NCBI RefSeq assembly: GCF_000025925.1
Contig: NC_014033.1
Location: 2,760,001-2,792,000 of the forward strand
Direction: 5' to 3'
DNA from: Xylanibacter ruminicola 23
GTDB lineage: Bacteria; Bacteroidota; Bacteroidia; Bacteroidales; Bacteroidaceae
DNA: 32,000 nt
Translations under genes and position numbers: made by a program
Notes under the pieces: model-generated
What the model saw: only the letters and a program-made list of their open reading frames with translations
Databases searched by the model: none
What the model was told of the DNA's origin: nothing
Shown here: one piece after another, positions 16,011 through 25,392 of the stretch
How the letters are laid out: every line of letters starts with the position of its first letter
How positions within the stretch are numbered: the stretch's first letter is position 1

Positions 16011-19000
16011 ATGCAAAACAAAGGAATTGTAAAATTTATCGCAGTGCTTCTGATTCTCGTGTGCTGCTTCTACCTTTCCTTCTCGTTCGTAACACGCCAC
16101 TACGAAAGTAAGGCTGCTGCTATGGGCGAAGAGGCAGGTGCGGAGTACCTCGATTCAATCAACAACGAGAAGGTGTACATGGGTATCTATTCTCTGAAGC
16201 AGTGCCGTGAGATGGAGATTGGCCTGGGTCTTGACCTGAAAGGCGGTATGAACGTTATTCTTGAGGTATCAGTACCTGATGTGGTTGACGTATTGGCCGA
16301 CCACAAGACTGACGCTGCCTACAAGAAGGCCATGGAGCTGGCTAAGAAGGAAGAGGAGACCAGTCAGAACGACTTCATCTCTCTGTTCGTGAAGTATTGG
16401 AAACAGGAGGGCAACGGTCGTCCACTTGCTGCTATCTTTGCTACCCAGCAGATGAAGGGCAAGGTTAGCACATCATCTACCGACTCACAGGTAGAGGCTG
16501 CGCTGCGTACCGAGGTACAGAGTGCCGTTGATAACTCATTCAATGTAGTTCGTAACCGTATCGATAAGTTCGGCGTTGTTCAGCCAAACATCCAGAAGCT
16601 CGAAGGCCAGAGCGGTCGTATCATGGTAGAAATGCCTGGTATCAAGGAGCCAGAGCGTGTACGTAAGTTGCTCCAGGGTTCAGCTAACCTTGAGTTCTGG
16701 GAGACCTACAACTCACAGGAGGTTACTCCTCTGCTGGCTCAGCTTAACCAGCGTTGGGCTGCTCAGGGTGGTGTTGACGTAGCCGACACAACTGCTGTTG
16801 ACAGCGCCGCTACTGCTGCTGTTGCCGATAGCGCTAAGACTGCTACAGGCGACCTGGCTGCTAAACTGGCTAAGAAGGACAGCAAGGACAACAAGGCTGT
16901 TGAGATGGCTAAGAAACAGAATCCTCTGTTCTCTATCTTCCAGCCTACACAGGGTAACACCCTCGCTGTAGTTGGTTATGCTAACGCTCGCGATACTGCC
17001 GAGATTAACAAGATGATCTACTCTGACCTCGCTGGTCGTATCTTCCCTGCTGAGCTGAAGCTCCGTTGGGGTGCTACACCTGAGGACTTCGGAGGCCAGA
17101 ATACTAAGGGCGACATCTTCGAGCTCTATGCTCTGAAGGTTACTGAGCCTTCAGGTCGTGCTCCACTGGAGGGTGATGTTATCACCGGTGCCAAGGACGA
17201 CTTCGACCAGATGGGTCACCCCTCTGTATCAATGCAGATGAACTCTGACGGTGCTCGTCGTTGGAGCCAGATTACCAAGCAGAACATCGGTAAGGCTGTA
17301 GCTATCGTGCTCGACGATGCCGTTTACTCTGCTCCACGTATCCTTACTCAGATTGACGGTGGTAACTCTCAGATTACTGGTAACTTCACCATCGAGGCTA
17401 CTAAGGACTTGGCTAACACACTGAACTCAGGTAAGATGCCTGCTCCTACCCGTATCGTACAGGAGGAGGTTGTAGGTCCTTCACTGGGTGCTCAGTCAAT
17501 CCAGCAGGGTATTATCTCATTCGTAGTAGCTTTCGTACTGCTGATGATCTACATGATCATGCTTTACGGCTTTGTACCAGGTCTCCTCTCGGATATCGCT
17601 CTGCTGTTCAACCTGTTCTTCACACTGGGTATCCTTACCTCGTTCCAGGCCGCTCTTACAATGCCTGGTATCGCCGGTATCGTACTGACTCTGGGTACCG
17701 CTGTAGATGCTAACGTGCTTATCTACGAGCGTATCAAGGAGGAGCTGAAGAAGGGTCTTGGTGTAAAGGAGGCTCTGAACAAGGGTTACTCTAACGCTTT
17801 CAGCGCTATCTTCGACTCTAACTTCACTTCATTGATTACCGGTATCATCCTGCTCTACTTCGGTACAGGTCCTGTTAAGGGCTTCGCTACCACATGGATC
17901 ATTGGTATCGTTATCTCATTCTTCACAGCCGTTTACCTCACTCGTGTAGTTTACGATGCTATGCTGTCAAAGGATAAGTGGACTAACCTCACCTTCGTAA
18001 CAGGTTACTCTAAGAACCTGATGCAGAACGCTAAGTACAACTTCATGGGCGCTTACAAGAAGACCTATGCTCTCTGGGCTGCTGTAGCAGTAGTTTGCAT
18101 TGGTTCGTTCTTTGTTCGTGGTTTGAGCCAGAGCATCGACTTCACTGGTGGTCGTAACTACGTTGTAACACTCGACAAGCAGACTCCAGTTGAGGAGGTT
18201 CGTAAGGCTATGGCAGGTGCATTCATCAACACTATCGGCGAGAAGGCTAACCAGGAGGCTAACACCTCTGTTATCGCTCTGGGTACTGACGGTAAGACTG
18301 TTCGTATCTCTACAAACTGGGATATCGAGTCAAACAATCCTGAGGTTGACGACAAGGCTGAGAACATCCTGTTCGCTGCCCTGAAGAAGGCTGGTCTCGT
18401 AAGTCAGGAGAACGTTGAGGCATTCAAGAATCCTGATGTTCGCGAGGGTGGTTCAATCATCAGCTCTGCTAAGGTAGGTCCTTCAGTTGCTAAGGATATC
18501 ACACATGGTGCTATCATCAGCGTATGTATCGCTCTGATTGCTATCTTCCTCTACATCCTGCTGCGTTTCCGCAACCTCGCCTTCTCTGTAGGTGCTGTTG
18601 TGGCTCTGGCTCTCGACGCTCTGCTCGTAATTGGTGTTTACTCACTGTGCTGGGGTTGGGTTCCAATGTCGCTCGAGATCGACCAGGTATTCATCGGTGC
18701 TATCCTGACCGTTATCGGTTACTCTATCAACGATAAGGTGGTAGTATTCGACCGTATCCGTGAGAACCTCGGTCTGTATGGCAAGCGCGACCGTCAGCAG
18801 TTGTTCAACGACTCACTGAACCAGACACTGGCTCGTACCATCAACACCTCTGTAACCACACTGATCGTGCTGTTGGCTATCTTCATCCTTGGTGGTGATA
18901 GCATCCGCTCGTTCTCTCTGGCTATGATCCTGGGTGTTGTATTCGGTACTCTGAGTTCGCTCTTCATCGCCGCTCCTACAGCCTTCCTTTGGATGGGCCG

Positions 19001-19043
19001 TACTATCAAGGAGGACGACGTTGAGGTTGCTGAGAACAAGTAA
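16011..19043 (+). CDS. secDF: protein translocase subunit SecDF (fused)
   Basis: 1010 aa. It has an N-terminal TM, a large periplasmic P1 domain and two 6-TM RND-like blocks (LTLGTAVDANVLIYERIKEE, and INDKVVVFDRIREN in the SecF half). Confidence 0.95.
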   Translation: MQNKGIVKFIAVLLILVCCFYLSFSFVTRHYESKAAAMGEEAGAEYLDSINNEKVYMGIYSLKQCREMEIGLGLDLKGGMNVILEVSVPDVVDVLADHKTDAAYKKAMELAKKEEETSQNDFISLFVKYWKQEGNGRPLAAIFATQQMKGKVSTSSTDSQVEAALRTEVQSAVDNSFNVVRNRIDKFGVVQPNIQKLEGQSGRIMVEMPGIKEPERVRKLLQGSANLEFWETYNSQEVTPLLAQLNQRWAAQGGVDVADTTAVDSAATAAVADSAKTATGDLAAKLAKKDSKDNKAVEMAKKQNPLFSIFQPTQGNTLAVVGYANARDTAEINKMIYSDLAGRIFPAELKLRWGATPEDFGGQNTKGDIFELYALKVTEPSGRAPLEGDVITGAKDDFDQMGHPSVSMQMNSDGARRWSQITKQNIGKAVAIVLDDAVYSAPRILTQIDGGNSQITGNFTIEATKDLANTLNSGKMPAPTRIVQEEVVGPSLGAQSIQQGIISFVVAFVLLMIYMIMLYGFVPGLLSDIALLFNLFFTLGILTSFQAALTMPGIAGIVLTLGTAVDANVLIYERIKEELKKGLGVKEALNKGYSNAFSAIFDSNFTSLITGIILLYFGTGPVKGFATTWIIGIVISFFTAVYLTRVVYDAMLSKDKWTNLTFVTGYSKNLMQNAKYNFMGAYKKTYALWAAVAVVCIGSFFVRGLSQSIDFTGGRNYVVTLDKQTPVEEVRKAMAGAFINTIGEKANQEANTSVIALGTDGKTVRISTNWDIESNNPEVDDKAENILFAALKKAGLVSQENVEAFKNPDVREGGSIISSAKVGPSVAKDITHGAIISVCIALIAIFLYILLRFRNLAFSVGAVVALALDALLVIGVYSLCWGWVPMSLEIDQVFIGAILTVIGYSINDKVVVFDRIRENLGLYGKRDRQQLFNDSLNQTLARTINTSVTTLIVLLAIFILGGDSIRSFSLAMILGVVFGTLSSLFIAAPTAFLWMGRTIKEDDVEVAENK

Positions 19044-19060
19044 TCATACAATCGCATATA

Positions 19061-19099
19061 AAAAAGAGCTGCGTTCCTGATGGAATGCAGCTCTTTTTT
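19061..19099. terminator. bidirectional rho-independent terminator (secDF on plus, tRNA-Arg on minus)
   Basis: AAAAAGAGCTGCGTTCC-TGAT-GGAATGCAGCTCTTTTTT. The core stem is 12 bp with one G-U pair, and A-run/T-run arms give a U-tract in both orientations. Confidence 0.8.
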
Positions 19100-19101
19100 C
19101 G

Positions 19102-19173
19102 TACCCCGACCGCGAATCGAACGCGGAACTAAGTCTTAGGAGGACCTTGTTATATCCATTTAACTATCAGGGC
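19102..19173 (-). tRNA. tRNA-Arg (anticodon CCU), no encoded CCA
   Basis: Hand-folded on the minus strand. Acceptor GCCCTGA/TCGGGGT (two G-U pairs), D-stem GTTA/TAAC, anticodon stem AGGTC/GACTT with loop CTCCTAA, T-arm CCGCG-TTCGATT-CGCGG. Confidence 0.88.
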
Positions 19174-19190
19174 GCGTGTTCTTTCGTGTG

Positions 19191-19198
19191 CAAAGGTA
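19191..19198 (-). promoter_or_regulatory. -7 box TACCTTTG upstream of tRNA-Arg
   Basis: CAAAGGTA on the plus strand, 17 nt upstream of the tRNA 5' end at 19173. Confidence 0.55.
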
Positions 19199-19222
19199 CG
19201 AGATTTTTAGCAATCAGCCAAA

Positions 19223-22033
19223 CTATTGGGCGAATTTTTGATTGAAATAGTCGAATTGAGCATACGAAGATGTCTGGCTCTTAGCAGACGTTTCGCCTGT
19301 AGGAATGTAGTTAAACAGTCCCACCCGGATACCTTTCCAATAACCACCACTCATGGCGAATGCCGAGCCCGCAGGCTGATAATGCTCTCCATCTATACTA
19401 TAATAAAATAGGTGGCGATTCTGCTCGCAATCATTAGTTACCTTGAACCATACTTCCTGATAGCTACCCTTGGCGATAAGCTTACGCCGTCCACCAAACT
19501 CGATAAACACACCATCTTTACACAATCCTACCCCACAGAACAACTTACCTGAGCAGAAAAGTCCTGCATAACTGTCGCCTTTAATGCTTACTTTGGTTGT
19601 GCTCTCACTCTGATAGCCAACCACCTTCTGAGTAAGCATATTACGGACCATTTTCAAGCTATCGGCAGGCATGGCTTTGAGTGTGAGCCAGCCTTTACGA
19701 TCAGTGAGATTCCAATGTGTATCAACCGGATTATGATTCCATTGCCAATGCAGTCCTAATGCATCATTAAAGTCGTCACAGGTCTGGAAACCAGCAGTTC
19801 CTACCGAAGAAACAGGCTTTTTCCAAGCAGCCACAGGTTCGCCTATACCGTTCTTATCATAATCGACACCTATCACAGGCCAATCAGCTTCCCAACGGGC
19901 AGGCTGCAGATGAACCACGCGCCCTAGTACTGGTGTCTCCTGGAAATGATAGAACCACCAGGAGCCATCTGGTGCATCTACCAACGCACCTTGGTGAGGG
20001 CCGTTAACGCCAGTTGAACCCTGTTCTAACACGATACGACGCTCGTAAGGGCCATAGATATTGCGAGCACGCAAAACAGTCTGCCAACCTGTGCCGACAC
20101 CACCCTCGGGAATAATAAGGTAATACCAGCCATTACGTTTCATAAACTTAGTTCCCTCGGCAATAGGTCCTTCATACACCGTTTTACCCTCATCGAGCAG
20201 TGTTTTGCCATCGGCCGACATACGATGCACAATGATTGGACCTGCACCATGCTGACTACGCCCTATATAAGCCTGTCCGTCTTCATCCCAGAACGGGCAA
20301 GGGTCTTCCCACTTAGCCACACGCTTTACAAGATGCAGCGGCGCCCATGGGCCCGCAGGATTGCTGGCGGTTGACATATATAGACCTTCATCGGGTGTAC
20401 AGAAATATACATAGAACAAGCCGCTGTGATAACGGATACTAGGTGCCCACGAGCCACCAGCATAATGCAGGTTGGCATCCCAGCCAGGCTCGTTAAAACG
20501 GCGATAAATCTGGGAGATATAACGCCAGTTCACCATATCGTCGCTCTCCAGCACCTGCATACCCATAAAGTGGAAATCAGAAGCCACCATATAGAACTTG
20601 TTGCCCACACGAATCACATCAGGATCGGAAAAATCAGCATTCAGCACAGGATTACGATACGTTCCGTCACCCTGATCGCCCCATCCCTCGGTATCTACTT
20701 CCACAAAATCAGGGCGAACATCCTCATCAACAGTAGATACATGGATATTAGAGAACTGTACGTTACGGGCATGACGCACAAAGAAACCTTTTGCCGGCAG
20801 ATTACCCCACATGGTGGCCTCAGGATAATCAGCAGCCTTCTCATTAGCGATGGAATCGGCAATTTCTGTCAACTGATCCTTCTTCACCCCTCCCTTATGA
20901 TGTATAGACACATTAGATATCCATACATTACGAACAGGATAGCCTGGCAGACCTGTAATCGAACAGCCCATAGAACCGGCATTTCGGATTTGAATATTAT
21001 TGATGCGTACACCATCAATCGAACCTACATAATCGATATGCTGTCCAGTTTTGTAGCCACGTCCACGATTGCCCAAACGCACAAAGATAGGCGACTCGGT
21101 ACCTTCGACGGTGAAATCAGCAATATTCACATTCTCGAGCACACCGCCATCCACTATCTCAAGCGAGATGGCCGACGAGCCAATCCACTGTCCGAAGAAC
21201 TTTTCCTGCTGATTGTAACTGGGCTTTACCACGATACCACTGATATTGATATTACGGAAACCGCCATTGGTCTCAGTACCGAGTTTAACGGCATTACAAT
21301 GACTCGATACCACACAATCGCTGATACGCACGTTTTCGCAAAGACGAGGCGAGGTGCTCTTCAGTGTAATACCATCGTCGTCGCTATCAGCTATCATACC
21401 ACGCACAATCACCTCATGGCAGCCGTCGATATCCAGCGCATCGTTATTATAGTTATTACGATTAAAAACCTTGATTCCATCGATATTCAAGCGGTCGCAA
21501 GCCAAGTAGTGCTGCATCCAGCAGCCCGAATTACGCAAGGTGATACCACGCACCAGGATGTCCTGACTCTGGATAAAGCGAATCAAATGCGGACGGGTGA
21601 TACCCTCATCGTTCCACGAAAGTTTCTTAAAGGCCCGTCCACGACCATCTATGGTACCAAAGCCATCGATCGACACATCCTGCACACCATCGGCATAAAT
21701 CAATTGGATGGTGGTAGTTTGTGTTCGAAGCGACAAATAGTCCGATTTCATCGGTATATAATCCTCTAATCGGGTACTACCATAGAGCGTGGCTCCTTGT
21801 TCCAAATACAAGTGTACATGACTCTTTAGTTGTATGGTACCAATCTTATAAATACCAGCAGGCACCACCACACGACCACCACCTGCAGCAGAGCAAGCGT
21901 CGATGGCCTGTTGTAAAGCATGCGTAGAGAGTACTGTGGTGTCGTTTTGGGCACCATAACTTTTAATGTTAAAGTCGGCTGCGTGCATCGATGCAATACA
22001 CAAAGACGCCAGAATAGTTACAATTACTTTCAT
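19223..22033 (-). CDS. secreted two-domain glycoside hydrolase: N-terminal GH28 (pectate-lyase-fold beta-helix) fused to C-terminal GH43 plus a beta-xylosidase-type C-terminal beta-sandwich
   Basis: Signal peptide MKVIVTILASLCIASMHA starts at ATG 22033. GH28-like motifs are NNYNNDALDIDG, DSDDDGITLKS and CNAVKLGTE. The GH43 start NPVLNADFSDPDV is encoded around 20653. The ORF-track extension to 22123 runs past the promoter box. Confidence 0.85.
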   Translation of the reverse strand: MKVIVTILASLCIASMHAADFNIKSYGAQNDTTVLSTHALQQAIDACSAAGGGRVVVPAGIYKIGTIQLKSHVHLYLEQGATLYGSTRLEDYIPMKSDYLSLRTQTTTIQLIYADGVQDVSIDGFGTIDGRGRAFKKLSWNDEGITRPHLIRFIQSQDILVRGITLRNSGCWMQHYLACDRLNIDGIKVFNRNNYNNDALDIDGCHEVIVRGMIADSDDDGITLKSTSPRLCENVRISDCVVSSHCNAVKLGTETNGGFRNINISGIVVKPSYNQQEKFFGQWIGSSAISLEIVDGGVLENVNIADFTVEGTESPIFVRLGNRGRGYKTGQHIDYVGSIDGVRINNIQIRNAGSMGCSITGLPGYPVRNVWISNVSIHHKGGVKKDQLTEIADSIANEKAADYPEATMWGNLPAKGFFVRHARNVQFSNIHVSTVDEDVRPDFVEVDTEGWGDQGDGTYRNPVLNADFSDPDVIRVGNKFYMVASDFHFMGMQVLESDDMVNWRYISQIYRRFNEPGWDANLHYAGGSWAPSIRYHSGLFYVYFCTPDEGLYMSTASNPAGPWAPLHLVKRVAKWEDPCPFWDEDGQAYIGRSQHGAGPIIVHRMSADGKTLLDEGKTVYEGPIAEGTKFMKRNGWYYLIIPEGGVGTGWQTVLRARNIYGPYERRIVLEQGSTGVNGPHQGALVDAPDGSWWFYHFQETPVLGRVVHLQPARWEADWPVIGVDYDKNGIGEPVAAWKKPVSSVGTAGFQTCDDFNDALGLHWQWNHNPVDTHWNLTDRKGWLTLKAMPADSLKMVRNMLTQKVVGYQSESTTKVSIKGDSYAGLFCSGKLFCGVGLCKDGVFIEFGGRRKLIAKGSYQEVWFKVTNDCEQNRHLFYYSIDGEHYQPAGSAFAMSGGYWKGIRVGLFNYIPTGETSAKSQTSSYAQFDYFNQKFAQ

Positions 22034-22041
22034 ATATGTTG

Positions 22042-22049
22042 CAAAGTTA
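22042..22049 (-). promoter_or_regulatory. -7 box TAACTTTG upstream of the GH28-GH43 gene
   Basis: CAAAGTTA on the plus strand, with only 8 nt between the box and ATG 22033. Confidence 0.5.
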
Positions 22050-22092
22050 AACATTTCCTTTAAAAATAACAGCATAAATGTAGATAATTTAC

Positions 22093-22100
22093 TAAATTTG
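22093..22100 (+). promoter_or_regulatory. -7 box TAAATTTG upstream of the GH43-like gene
   Basis: TAnnTTTG match, 34 nt before ATG 22135. Confidence 0.55.
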
Positions 22101-22134
22101 CAAGCAATTTTCACAAAACCCAACCCATATTTAT

Positions 22135-24168
22135 ATGAAAAGACTTTTTATGTTACCCCTTCTGTTGCTGGCTGTTTTATCGGCTCAGGCACAGAATCCG
22201 TACCTCCCGCTTTGGGAGCATCTGCCTGACGGTGAACCTCGTGTATTTGAAGATCCCGATCAGCCAGGAAAGTTCCGTGCATACATTATCGGTTCGCACG
22301 ACACCAACTACACAGCCTACTGCGGTAGCGATATCCGCATGTGGTCGGCACCTGTAGAGGACTTAAGCCAATGGCGCGACGAAGGTCCTATCTTTACCCA
22401 TTATGTTGACGGTCAGTGGGACACCATGTTTGCCCCAGATCTGGTTGAGGTAAAGGATAAGGCCACAGGTAAGAAGACCTACTATCTGTATCCCCACTCT
22501 CGTGGCTGGCAGCGCGTGCCCATGGTTTGTAAGGGCGACCGCCCCAACGGTCCCTTCACCCCTATCAATCTCACCGAGGATGGTCGCAAGTGCCTGCCTG
22601 GCTCACTGATTGATTTCGACCCATCAGTATTCATCGAGCCAGTTACCAACAAAAAGGATCCGGATTACGCTAAAGGCTTCCGTGCCTACGTATTCTATGG
22701 TTTCCAACATTCAACCGCATGTGAGCTGGATCAGAACACCATGTACTCTATGCGCCCAGGCACTGAGCTGCACGATTACTTTATCCCCGCTTCGGCCAGT
22801 TACGGTAAGGTTCGCGACCCAGAGGGCACGCAGTATCCAGCCCTCTATAAAGGACAGAATCCTGGCGAGTTTAACTTCTTCGAGGCTTCGAGCATCCGTC
22901 AGGTAGGCAACAAATACGTGATGGTATTCTCTGGTTATAGCGGTCCTGACTACGGACAGGGCTCTACCAACTCAGCCTTGCGTTATGCCTTTGGTGATTC
23001 ACCATTAGGTCCTTGGCGCTCTGGTGGTGTATTGGTTGACTCGCGTGGTGTAGTAACTGGCGAAGACGGTTCGAAGCTGATTACCACCAATGCCGCCCAC
23101 AACACCCATGGCTCGCTGCAGGAGATTAACGGTCAGTGGTACGTATTCTATCATCGTCCACCACGTGGTTTCGGCTATGCCCGTCAGGCAATGGTAGCCC
23201 CTGTTAAGATTACTTGGGACAAGAAACCTGTAGCTAAAGGCGGTACCGTAAAGATTACCGGTTACGATCCATATGCTGCTGATAACAGTTGGACAGCCAA
23301 GGCTACCGATGGCACAGAATATACTGGTGCCGAAGTAACTTCAGAGGGATTCCAGATTTTCGGTCTGCCCCCATATCAGTACTATTCGGCTGGTATCGCC
23401 TGCTTTATGACTGGCGGCACCAACAGCAACGACTGGATGCAGGATAACCACGACATCTGGAACAACTCGATGGACCTGGCTGGCATTACCAATACTGGTA
23501 TTGTAGGCTTTAAGTACTTTGGCTTTGGCGGACTGAAAGCCGACACCAAGGGCATCAAGGCCTTTAAAGGCATCAGTAAAGGCGATGGCGCCACATTGAA
23601 TCTGAACCTAACTCCAGGCGGACATGGTGCCTTTAAGATTCACGTACGTCTGGATAACCCATGGAAGGGCGAAGAGATTGCCGTACTAGATATTCCAGCC
23701 GATGCACCACGCACCGCTAAGATTTACCAGGTAAGCACACCTGCAGTCGAAGGACTGACAGGTAAGCACGCTATCTATCTGGTGGCTGATGGTGCAGAAA
23801 TCGAAGCGCCTATACGCCCACAGTGGGGCCCACGCAGACCTCAGCGCCCTCAGGGACTGTTCGACCTGCACGGTATCGGTTTCTCAAAGGCTGGCGATAA
23901 GTTCGAAGCTCCTGTTGTGCCTCAGGTAAACATTGAGGTTGACGGACAGAAGTTAGTCATGCCCACAACACCTATCCGCTTTACTAATCTGAACGGCTAT
24001 ACCGACCAGACTCGCTATCAGGTATATGGTAAAATGAGCGACAACTCAAACATTGTTGCCACATCAGATGTACCTGAAGTAAAGTTCGAGATTAGTAAAA
24101 TCGTAGAAGGCCGCGCCACTATTAAGGCAACCTACAATGGTTTGACTAAGATATTCCTGATTAACTAA
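22135..24168 (+). CDS. secreted GH43-like five-bladed-propeller glycoside hydrolase with C-terminal beta-sandwich domains
   Basis: Signal peptide MKRLFMLPLLLLAVLSAQA. NPYLPLWEHLPDGEPRVFEDP..SHD, FDPSVF and FFEASS resemble GH43-clan N-terminal and catalytic motifs. The subfamily and the C-terminal domains are not identified. Confidence 0.7.
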   Translation: MKRLFMLPLLLLAVLSAQAQNPYLPLWEHLPDGEPRVFEDPDQPGKFRAYIIGSHDTNYTAYCGSDIRMWSAPVEDLSQWRDEGPIFTHYVDGQWDTMFAPDLVEVKDKATGKKTYYLYPHSRGWQRVPMVCKGDRPNGPFTPINLTEDGRKCLPGSLIDFDPSVFIEPVTNKKDPDYAKGFRAYVFYGFQHSTACELDQNTMYSMRPGTELHDYFIPASASYGKVRDPEGTQYPALYKGQNPGEFNFFEASSIRQVGNKYVMVFSGYSGPDYGQGSTNSALRYAFGDSPLGPWRSGGVLVDSRGVVTGEDGSKLITTNAAHNTHGSLQEINGQWYVFYHRPPRGFGYARQAMVAPVKITWDKKPVAKGGTVKITGYDPYAADNSWTAKATDGTEYTGAEVTSEGFQIFGLPPYQYYSAGIACFMTGGTNSNDWMQDNHDIWNNSMDLAGITNTGIVGFKYFGFGGLKADTKGIKAFKGISKGDGATLNLNLTPGGHGAFKIHVRLDNPWKGEEIAVLDIPADAPRTAKIYQVSTPAVEGLTGKHAIYLVADGAEIEAPIRPQWGPRRPQRPQGLFDLHGIGFSKAGDKFEAPVVPQVNIEVDGQKLVMPTTPIRFTNLNGYTDQTRYQVYGKMSDNSNIVATSDVPEVKFEISKIVEGRATIKATYNGLTKIFLIN

Positions 24169-24172
24169 CATA

Positions 24173-24208
24173 AATAAAGGATGCACTCAACCGAGTGCAT
24201 CCTTTATT
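24173..24208. terminator. bidirectional hairpin between the convergent GH43-like and patB genes
   Basis: AATAAAGGATGCACTC-AACC-GAGTGCATCCTTTATT, a perfect 16 bp stem. The patB stop codon (24187-24189) and its last codons lie inside the stem. Confidence 0.75.
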
Positions 24209-25392
24209 CTTTCCAAGGCTTCTTTCAGGCGTGAACGCTGGGTAGCTATGTTAAAGCGCACATAGCCCTCGCCCGTCTGAGGTCCGTACATCGTGCCAGG
24301 ATTAAGCCATACCTTAGCCTCATCAAGCAGTTTATCGCATAGGGCCTGCGACGTGATATTCATGGCCGAGATATCTACCCAGGGCAGATAGGTGCCCTCC
24401 AATTTGCAAACCTTCCACTGGGGGATGTTTTCTGCTACAAACTCGCAAAGCAGCTGATAGTTTCCCCAGAGGTACTGGTTCAGTTCATCTATCCAGTCTT
24501 CGCTTTCGTTATAGGCAGCTTTCAGCGCCACAGGACCAAAGGGATTCAAGTCGCACACCTCGTTGATATTGATAGCACGATCCAATCGGCGGCGCCATGC
24601 AGGCTGCGAACAAATGATGTTTGCTGCCTGCAAACCGGCAATATTAAACGACTTAGAAGGCGAATTAAGGATAACACTATTCTGACGACAAGCCTCGTTC
24701 ACAGCCGCAAACGGCTGGAATTGATAGCCTGGCATCATCAGTTCGCAGTGAATCTCATCGCTAACCACTTTTACACCATACTTCAAGCAGATATCGTTCA
24801 TCTGCATCAGCTCGGCCTTAGTCCACACACGTCCTGTGGGGTTATGAGGATTGCAAAGCAGGAAAACGGTAGTCTTCTCATCGGCACATTTGGCCTCAAA
24901 GTCCTGCCAGTCAACCTCGAAGGTATCACCAACACGCTTCAAGGCTGTTTCAAGCACCTCGCAGCCGTTGTTACGGACTGACGAGAAGAAACAATTGTAA
25001 TCGGGCGAAAGAATCAGCACCTTCTCGCCTGGCATGGTGAGTGCCTTTATGGCCACACTCATGGCAGGAACAACACCTGTGGTATAGAGAATTTCTTCGC
25101 GATGGATAGTCCAATCGTGGCGTCGCTGGAACCACGAGATAACAGCCTCGTAGTAATCATCCTCAACTACAGCATAACCAAACACACCGTGCTCGGCACG
25201 CTTACGAACGGCCTCCAGAATAGCCGGGGCAGCCTTAAAGTCCATATCGGCCACCCAAAGAGGAATTATTTCCTTAAACTCGGAATTGCCCCCTGGCGGA
25301 AGCCAGCCCCCCGTTGAACGTGGGGCTTCTGCATCCCACTTTACGCATCCCGTTCCACGACGTTCTACCAATTCGTCAAAATCGTATTTCAT
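24187..25392 (-). CDS. patB: PatB/MalY-type PLP-dependent C-S lyase (cystathionine beta-lyase, aminotransferase class I/II fold)
   Basis: The N-terminus MKYDFDELVERRGTGCVKWD is typical of PatB/MalY. The PLP-lysine motif is SPSKSFNIAG. ATG 25392 overlaps the upstream stop as ATGA. Confidence 0.9.
   Translation of the reverse strand: MKYDFDELVERRGTGCVKWDAEAPRSTGGWLPPGGNSEFKEIIPLWVADMDFKAAPAILEAVRKRAEHGVFGYAVVEDDYYEAVISWFQRRHDWTIHREEILYTTGVVPAMSVAIKALTMPGEKVLILSPDYNCFFSSVRNNGCEVLETALKRVGDTFEVDWQDFEAKCADEKTTVFLLCNPHNPTGRVWTKAELMQMNDICLKYGVKVVSDEIHCELMMPGYQFQPFAAVNEACRQNSVILNSPSKSFNIAGLQAANIICSQPAWRRRLDRAININEVCDLNPFGPVALKAAYNESEDWIDELNQYLWGNYQLLCEFVAENIPQWKVCKLEGTYLPWVDISAMNITSQALCDKLLDEAKVWLNPGTMYGPQTGEGYVRFNIATQRSRLKEALERIKDALG

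Noticed and set aside
16760-16920. An alanine/threonine-rich low-complexity stretch with GCTGCT-type nucleotide periodicity inside secDF
   Set aside because: It lies in frame within the periplasmic P1 region of SecD, which is variable between lineages. I judged it a compositional linker rather than a separate feature or a repeat array.
20426-21769. A 447-aa ORF on the plus strand, antisense to the GH28 domain
   Set aside because: It lies entirely inside, and antisense to, a gene with strong family motifs. Its translation is low-complexity (rich in I/T/H/R) with no recognisable motif, and it has no promoter box. This is a typical shadow ORF caused by the codon bias of the real gene.
23860-24168. 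A type IX secretion C-terminal sorting domain on the GH43-like protein
   Set aside because: The last 100 residues or so are beta-rich, but I could not recognise the usual CTD motifs with any confidence. It is left as an unassigned domain.
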